Source: an uncultured virus (IMG/VR IMGVR_UViG_2061766007_000491) (taxonomy: Duplodnaviria > Heunggongvirae > Uroviricota > Caudoviricetes). From it: a stretch of DNA of 54,388 nt. The notes beneath the pieces were generated by a model. The model saw only the letters and a program-made list of their open reading frames with translations. It made no database searches and was not told the DNA's origin. Each line of letters starts with the position of its first letter. Position 1 is the stretch's first letter. This document shows, in pieces, positions 48,058 to 54,388 of the stretch. A program made the position numbers and the translations under genes. Location: IMG/VR virus record IMGVR_UViG_2061766007_000491; one strand, written 5' to 3'.

Positions 48058-49249
48058 TTTTTTGGAGATAGTAGGGAGTAGTGCCACGTTTAAGTTGTCA
48101 GGTGGTGCGATCAGTAACTTTGCAAAGACACCGACCTTGAGGGTGCAGTGTATAGATCAACAGAACCATGCCGTGTTTGAATATACATTCACGGGAAGTG
48201 AATCTACAACGTATGGCAGTGCGTTACCGTATGGGTATTATGAGGTGCGTGTCGTGGCTTATAATAGCTATGGTCAGGTGGTCAGTAAGACAAAGCCGTT
48301 ACTTTTGTATAAAACACCGATGGCAGGGTTCGTGTATATTAAGAAAGGCACGTTCACGATGGGCAGTCCTGAAAGTGAAGTGGGACACCAAGCGAATGAG
48401 GCACAGCAGAGCTTTACCATAAGCAAGGATTATCTTATCCAGAGAACGCCCTGCACACCGAAGTATTTGAGTGCTGTTAAGACTGCGTATGCGACATTGT
48501 ATAACAGTGGGGTGACTCTGACTAGGGTTAAGATCACGAATGCGGAATGGTCAACCACAGCAATCAATCAGGGTACAATGTACGGTAGCTGGTCTGCCAG
48601 TGATGAGACGCCAGCAGTTAGTATCTCGTGGGAGCGTATCATGGATGTGGACACAGCGAATAGTACGATTAGTGGCAGTGCTGCGCCTTACACGGCTACT
48701 GCGACACCGTTCAGTAGTAGTGGTGTGGGTATCTGCACGGCGTTGAATGCGTTGAATCGAAGCGGTCAGGATTATTATTTGAGTGGGTATCAGTATTGTT
48801 TACCAACGGAATGCCAGTGGGAATTTGCGTGTAGGGCAGGTTGTTCCGATGCGTTGTATAATGACACGGCTTTGGATGCCACGACAACGCCAGCCTATAC
48901 AGCAGCCAGCAGTCCCCAGCCGAACCTATGCGAGATAGCTTGGTATAACTATAATTCAGGCGGTTCTAAGAAAAAGGTGGGATTGTTAAAGCCAAACGCA
49001 TGGGGGTTATACGATATGTTAGGGAACGTATGGGAATGGGTGCTAGACCAGTACAATGCGAGTTACGCAGCAGTAGCTACAGCAGGTGAAACGGTGCATG
49101 GCTCGCCAGTTTACACGGAAGTGTCAAGTGGCTCCTGGGGTGTGAATGGTGTATTAAGGGGTGGGCATTATGGGAATCAAGCTGGTAGGTTAAAGCAGAG
49201 AGCGAATGTATTGTTTAGNNNNNNNNNNATAGCTCTTAGCCCAGCATAG
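48050..49249 (+). CDS. FGE-sulfatase/C-type-lectin-fold protein, target gene 1 (N-gap in its variable tail)
   Basis: GTFTMGSP.SE, PAVSISW, LPTECQWEFACRAG, KPNAWGLYDMLGNVWEW, VLRGG; ends IALSPA* after the gap. Confidence 0.9.
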   Translation: MLDFLEIVGSSATFKLSGGAISNFAKTPTLRVQCIDQQNHAVFEYTFTGSESTTYGSALPYGYYEVRVVAYNSYGQVVSKTKPLLLYKTPMAGFVYIKKGTFTMGSPESEVGHQANEAQQSFTISKDYLIQRTPCTPKYLSAVKTAYATLYNSGVTLTRVKITNAEWSTTAINQGTMYGSWSASDETPAVSISWERIMDVDTANSTISGSAAPYTATATPFSSSGVGICTALNALNRSGQDYYLSGYQYCLPTECQWEFACRAGCSDALYNDTALDATTTPAYTAASSPQPNLCEIAWYNYNSGGSKKKVGLLKPNAWGLYDMLGNVWEWVLDQYNASYAAVATAGETVHGSPVYTEVSSGSWGVNGVLRGGHYGNQAGRLKQRANVLFXXXXIALSPA

Positions 49250-50320
49250 CGCAGTGTTGGAGGCGGAGCCGACAACAGCATAGGATTTCCACGGCGGATG
49301 CCGTTGTGCCGAAGGCACTTATGGTATATACTAATAGCAAGTATTTTTTACTTACTATTAGTATAATTATTTTATAAATAATAGAGCCATATTTAGTTAT
49401 GGATGTCCAGCCCGAAGAGGCGAGACGAGTGGGGATAGAAGGGATAATGGTGTATTAAGGGGTGGGCAGTATAGCAGGGATGCTTACTTAGCACGGTGTA
49501 GTGGGTTAAGGAATGGATGGGGGAAGTGGAATCAAGGTGGTGGAGTAGGGTTTCGTATTGGGGTCGAGTCCGCAGAGACCAGACGGCAGTGGTTGAATGG
49601 TGGTGTAATAAGGGGAGCAGGGTTAGGGTATGCTTATGCTTTCAGGACGAGGGTAGGTTTTAGGTTGACAGGATATAACTTTAAGTATAGTAGTGTAAGT
49701 GACTTAGGGTTTCGTTGTGGGGTAGGCGTGAATGGTGTAAGAGCGGATAGAGGCGGTAGATGGGGTTTAGGGTCAGATTATATACGTTGTAGTTATAGGG
49801 ATAGGAGTAGTCAAGGGAGTGGTGGTGATAAGGTAGGGTTTCGCTGAATGGTGTAAATAGGGGAGGTTGCATTAGGGCAGAAGAACCAGCATGGAGGGTA
49901 AGGAATGCTAGTAGGATGAATTGGTATGGTTTAACGCATACATGGAATATAAAAGGGTTTCGTCTGAATGGTGTTAGTAGAGGTGGTGCTTATGTGCGAA
50001 CAGGAGGTCATACTAGGAGTAGTGGGAATAGGTGGCATAGCAGTTCAAGGGTGGATGTGAATAGTGGAATAGGGTTTCGTTCTGAATGGTGATTATAGAG
50101 GGGGTTCGTATAAAAGTGGGCAACCAATGTATATTAGAATTGGTTATAGAAGTGGTTTTAGTAGGGGGTATGTGAGTGTTTACATAGGGTTTCGCTGTGA
50201 ATGGTGTGTTAAGGGGTGGAGTATATACAAGAACAGGTGAATACAATAGAAGTAGTGGGTATAGGTTTAATAGAGTAATGACGTTAGTGAATAGTGGAAT
50301 AGGGTTTCGTTTTGTGTAAA

Positions 50321-50338
50321 TTGTTCCACGTGGAACAA
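50321..50338. promoter_or_regulatory. parS-like palindrome, copy 1
   Basis: TTGTTCCACGTGGAACAA matches the bacterial parS consensus TGTTNCACGTGNAACA. Confidence 0.75.
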
Positions 50339-50592
50339 AGGTGAATGGTGCGTTAAGGTCGTATGCGTATGATAGAGCCAGTTTGTATATGAGGAGTGGA
50401 AATAGACGGTCTTATGCAATTAGTGGGACAGGTACAGGTGGTGCATTAGGGTTTCGTTTAGCTGTGAATGGTGTCCGTAGGGGTGGATGTAGCTTAGGGT
50501 CTTTTAGTAATGCGTTTTTTAATAGAATTGTTTATAAGCGAGTTACTGCTATGGATTATGTGTATAATGCGTTAGGGTTTCGTTTGTGTAAA

Positions 50593-50610
50593 TTGTTCCA
50601 CGTGGAACAA
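50593..50610. promoter_or_regulatory. parS-like palindrome, copy 2
   Basis: TTGTTCCACGTGGAACAA with the same TTTGTGTAAA flank as copy 1. Confidence 0.75.
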
Positions 50611-53098
50611 AAGGAATGGTGTCTATCGAGGTGGGCAGGTTGATTCATCCAGTGCAGATAAGCAATGTGTGTCTTATAGGAGTAGTTATCCAGTATTGAG
50701 TTATGTGAATAAGACGTTAGGGTTTCGTCTGAATGGTGTATTGATGGGAGGGGCATATAGTAATGCAGCAATGTATGTGCGGTGTGGTGGGTATAGGAAT
50801 GCAGATGGTACAAGATGGAACGCACATACAGCAGTGAGAGGGTTTCGTCTGAATGGTGTATATCGGGGTGGCAGTGTGACACAAACGGCTAGTGTAGTGA
50901 AGGTTAATTATAAGAGAGGAGATAAGAGGGGCATGACGTATCAGGCAGTAGGGTTTCGCTGAATGGTGTATTGAGAGGTGGAGCATCTAATTCAGCAACG
51001 GTATGGTATTATCGCAGTAGTGGATATAGGAATGTTAAAGGTTTAGAGATAACAGCGGAAAATAGAGGGTTTCGTCTGAATGGTGTGCAGAGAGGTGGGT
51101 CGTGGTTTAATGTAAGTGTGTATTCAAGACATGGTTATAGAAGGGGTGTTGCTTTTAATACTATAGGTAATACAGCGTTTGGGTTTCGTTCTGTGTGAAT
51201 GGTAGTGGAATAGTAAGGGGAGGAGGGTATCATTATCATGCTACAGGTTTTAGATGTGGGAGGAGGATGGCTAGGGCGAATGAATCGTCATTAGGGGGGA
51301 TTTATATAGGGTTTCGCCTGAATGGTGTATATCGGGGTGGAAGCAGTAGTACAAGTTTAGCTAGTAATACGAATAGGAGTGGGCATAGGAGAACAAGGGA
51401 AAAGAATGTAAGTGGGATGAGTGCAGTAGGGTTTCGTATCTGAATGGCGTGGCTAGGGGTGGACAGACAAGTAATTTAGTGGATAGATATAGAAGTGGGT
51501 ATAGGTGGGTATCGAGTGCGAGGACGTATGTGCATGGTGGGATAGGGTTTCGTGCTGTGGGGTGAATGGTGTAATAAGGCCAGCGCATAAGATACATCAG
51601 GCATATATGTATAGGTGTGGAATGAGATATGGATATGCAAGTAGGAATACGGCATGGAATGGATATATAGGGTTTCGTTTATCTGAATGGTGTAGCCAGA
51701 GGTGGATATTATAGTGCAACGTATGGTCATGCAAAGGATTGTAGGAGTGGAAGGAGACGTGAGGACTTTAATAGGAGGGTGGGCAATGTGGTGATAGGGT
51801 TTCGTTCTGAATGTTGTGGTTCGAGGTGGGGCTTATAACAATAGTTCAGATAGGTGTATATGTGCAGGGCATAGGAGGAATACTTATACAAGACCAACAG
51901 CGAATAGTGCGGTAGGGTTTCGTTTGGGGGTGTGAATGGTGTATTGAGGGGTGGGCAGTATGGGAATCAAGCTGGTAGGTTAAAGCAGAGAGCGAATGTA
52001 TTGTTTAGCTATAGTACGGCTTATGTAGGGTTTCGTTCTGAATGGTGCTAGGCGGGCTAGTAGGGTAAACGAGGTTAATAGTGCTAAGGAAGAAAGGTGT
52101 GCGTGGAGAACTCCGAGGGAACGAGATTCAGGGAATGCGAGTATAGGGTTTCGTTCTGAATGGTGTAGATCGTGGGGGCAGTACACATATTAGCTGGAAG
52201 GCATATCAGTATAGGGTTGGGAATCGTGAGACTAACACTAGGAGGACATCAGGGGGTGGATTAGGGTTTCGTTTGGGGTGTGAATGGTGTATTACGGGGG
52301 TCGGGATATAGGAGTCCGTCAATGGAGTTTAGGAATGGTGGGCGTAGGTATCAGAACTATAAGAAGAGTCAATCAGCGGAGAGCTTAGGGTTTCGTTTGA
52401 GGTGTGAAGGGTGCTAGGAGGAGTGTTGCGTTTGATAATACGAACTTTGCAACGTATGGAAGGAGTGGTCGAAGGAATGGAAGCAGTGCTAGGTCGGACA
52501 GAGCGATATACATAGGGTTTCGCTGAGGGTGTGAATGGTGTAGTGTTAAGAGGGGGTGACGCATGGAATACGCTAANNNNNNNNNNNNNNNNNNNNNNNN
52601 NNNNNNNNNNNNNNNNNNNNNNNNNNNNNNNNNNNNCTGAATGGTGCTAGTAGGGGTGGGTATTTTAATAACAGTGCAAGTCTGTTTAGATGTGGTGGAT
52701 ATAGAAATAGCGGTTCATTGAGTTATGTGCATAGTGGGATAGGGTTTCGCTGGGGTGTGGATGGTGTAGAAAGGGGTTGTTATTATAGTTCTAGTTATGG
52801 GTATGCTTCTAGGACTAGGAGCGGACGCAGACAGAGTGTTACAGTGGGTAATGATAATCCAGCAGTAGGGTTTCGCCTGAATGGTGTACGTAGAGGTGGC
52901 GCACATGAGCAGGTATCGAGAAGTGTGAGGTGTTCGTGGAGGGTTGCTAGGTTAAGGGACAATCCTAGTGCCACGTTCGGGTTTCGTCTGAATGGTGTGA
53001 ATCGAGGTGGGAGTTATACGCAGTACAATTTAGTGTATATGTATAGAAGTGGTGGGTTAAGACAACCGTATGTAAGGAGTCATCCATTAGGGTTTCGC

Positions 53099-53127
53099 TT
53101 GACGTTCTGATATGTGTTTGATAGAGT
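53099..53127 (+). promoter_or_regulatory. Sigma70-like promoter abutting the last cassette of array 2
   Basis: TTGACG-N17-TAGAGT followed by GGGGTCGGCTATATTG, like the leader after array 1. Confidence 0.5.
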
Positions 53128-53158
53128 GGGGGTCGGCTATATTGGATAGGGTTGGGTT

Positions 53159-54388
53159 ATGTACGATTTTTTGGAGATAGTAGGGAGTAGTGCCACGTTT
53201 AAGTTGGTGGGTGCAACGCAGAGCGGTTTTGTTAAAGCACCGACATTGAAGGTGCAGTGTGTAGATCAGCAGACGCAGATGGCTTATGAAGAGCCGTATT
53301 ATGGTACGGACGCAGCACAGTATGGAGCGAAACTGCCATGCGGTTATTTTAAGGTGCGAGTGGTCGCCTATAACGAGTACGGTATGGAAATGGCTGGCAC
53401 TAAGCCGTTATACCTGTATAAGACGCTGGTTCCTGGCTTTGTGTATGTCAAGAAGGGTGCGTTTAAGATAGGCAGTCCGTCAACCGAAGTGGGACACCAG
53501 AGCAACGAGAATCAGGCGAACTATGTTTTGACACAGGATTTTATGATACAGCGGACGTGTTGCACGGGTGCGTATCTAAGAGGTGTAGCAGACGCATACC
53601 ATAGTCTGACGAAAACAGGCATTACACGGACACAGATCACGAATGCGACTTGGTACAGTCCTGAGCCAGCATTGCCAGCGGATATGTTCAACTATTCAGG
53701 CAGTGCTGCATGGGTGGGTACAGATGAAACGCCAGCGGTGAGTATATCATGGGAGAGGATTATGGACGTGCAGACGACTAACGCTAACAGTACGGTGAGC
53801 AATCATGTGGCGGTGGCTTATCCGTTCGCTGATTATGCAGGGGTGTGTACCGCTCTGAACGCTCTGAATAGTGCCAGTGATACGGACTATGGATGCAGTG
53901 GGTGGGTTTATACATTGCCGACCGAAGCACAGTGGGAGTACGCTTGCAGGGGTGGCACGACTACGGCGTTATATAACGGTACAGGGCTGGATATGACAGC
54001 AGTGCCGAGCTATACGACAGCGAACAGTCCACAGCCTAACTTGCAGAGGATTGCATGGTACAATTACAATAGCTATGGAAGCAAGAAGGTAGTGGGTCAG
54101 CTAGAACCGAACAGGTGGGGGCTATACGATATGTTAGGGAACGTATGGGAATGGGTGTTAGATCAGTATAATAGCAGTTATACGAGTGTGCTTAATGGTG
54201 GCGAGACACTACACGGGTCGCCAGTTTATACAGAAGTCACCTCTAACTCCTGGGGTGTGAATGGTGTAGTGTTAAGAGGGGGTGACGCATGGAATACGCT
54301 AACAAGCGCAAGTGGATGGAGGTGTGGACGCAGGTATGGGTATAGGAATGTAGGCCCTACTTATACTGGAAAGGCTTTAGGGTTTCGT
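53159..54388 (+). CDS. FGE-sulfatase/C-type-lectin-fold protein, target gene 2 (runs off the window; absent from the ORF track)
   Basis: Frame MYDFLEIVGSSATFKL...LPTEAQWEYACRGG...NRWGLYDMLGNVWEW...WGVNGVVLRGGDAWNTLTSASGWRCGRRYGYRNVGPTYTGKALGFR; paralog of 48050-49249. Confidence 0.9.
   Translation, partial: MYDFLEIVGSSATFKLVGATQSGFVKAPTLKVQCVDQQTQMAYEEPYYGTDAAQYGAKLPCGYFKVRVVAYNEYGMEMAGTKPLYLYKTLVPGFVYVKKGAFKIGSPSTEVGHQSNENQANYVLTQDFMIQRTCCTGAYLRGVADAYHSLTKTGITRTQITNATWYSPEPALPADMFNYSGSAAWVGTDETPAVSISWERIMDVQTTNANSTVSNHVAVAYPFADYAGVCTALNALNSASDTDYGCSGWVYTLPTEAQWEYACRGGTTTALYNGTGLDMTAVPSYTTANSPQPNLQRIAWYNYNSYGSKKVVGQLEPNRWGLYDMLGNVWEWVLDQYNSSYTSVLNGGETLHGSPVYTEVTSNSWGVNGVVLRGGDAWNTLTSASGWRCGRRYGYRNVGPTYTGKALGFR

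Larger units (their letters stand above)
49446..53098 (+). repeat. Cassette array 2: 30 variant C-terminal segments (one cut by the N-gap at 52577-52636)
   Basis: Same boundaries as array 1; e.g. LNGVQRGGSWFNVSVYSRHGYRRGVAFNTIGNTAFGFR at 51076 and LNGASRGGYFNNSASLFRCGGYRNSGSLSYVHSGIGFR at 52637. Confidence 0.92.

Noticed and set aside
45342..53098. CRISPR array interpretation of the repeats
   Set aside because: The junction is short and variable in length, the intervening segments are ~90-110 nt and all encode one protein scaffold, and no cas genes are seen
45342..53098. Shufflon or integron cassette array
   Set aside because: All units are in direct orientation, have no attC-like palindromes, are partial genes, and no recombinase is adjacent
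45570..53110. ORF-track ORFs within the arrays on both strands
   Set aside because: They are chance in-frame fusions of two or three cassettes, or antisense shadows, without RBS
53286..53471. 61-aa ORF from the track
   Set aside because: Out-of-frame shadow inside target gene 2
45342..54388. Canonical DGR
   Set aside because: No reverse transcriptase, accessory gene or single template differing only at adenines in the window; cassettes also differ in length. An RT elsewhere in the genome cannot be excluded

Overview
This looks like 54 kb of a large dsDNA (probably jumbo) bacteriophage genome. Genes are dense, almost all on the + strand, often coupled by ATGA/TAATG overlaps, and many are ORFans. 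Recognisable genes include three DNA methyltransferases (two interrupted at poly-G tracts), several glycosyltransferases plus gmd, and a recombination block (SSB-like, RuvC-like, intein-containing RecA-like, three-part SbcC, SbcD). Also present are DHFR, ThyA, class II ribonucleotide reductase, a PduO-type cobalamin adenosyltransferase, a radical SAM enzyme, an RNA ligase, one clear and one possible beta-clamp, tRNA-Arg(CCT) and tRNA-Asn(GTT). The most striking part is the last 9 kb. Two tandem arrays (10 and 30 units by manual count) of ~105-130 bp start-less cassettes are bounded by (G/C)TGAATGGTG and GGGTTTCG. Each encodes a different stop-free version of the C-terminal ligand-binding segment (NGVxRGG...R...R...GFR) of two adjacent FGE-sulfatase/C-type-lectin-fold genes. 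The tail of each expressed gene matches one specific cassette. This is the segment DGRs diversify, but no reverse transcriptase or site-specific recombinase is visible in the window. It therefore looks like a silent-cassette library for swapping binding tips. All calls come from manual motif reading; no database searches were run.
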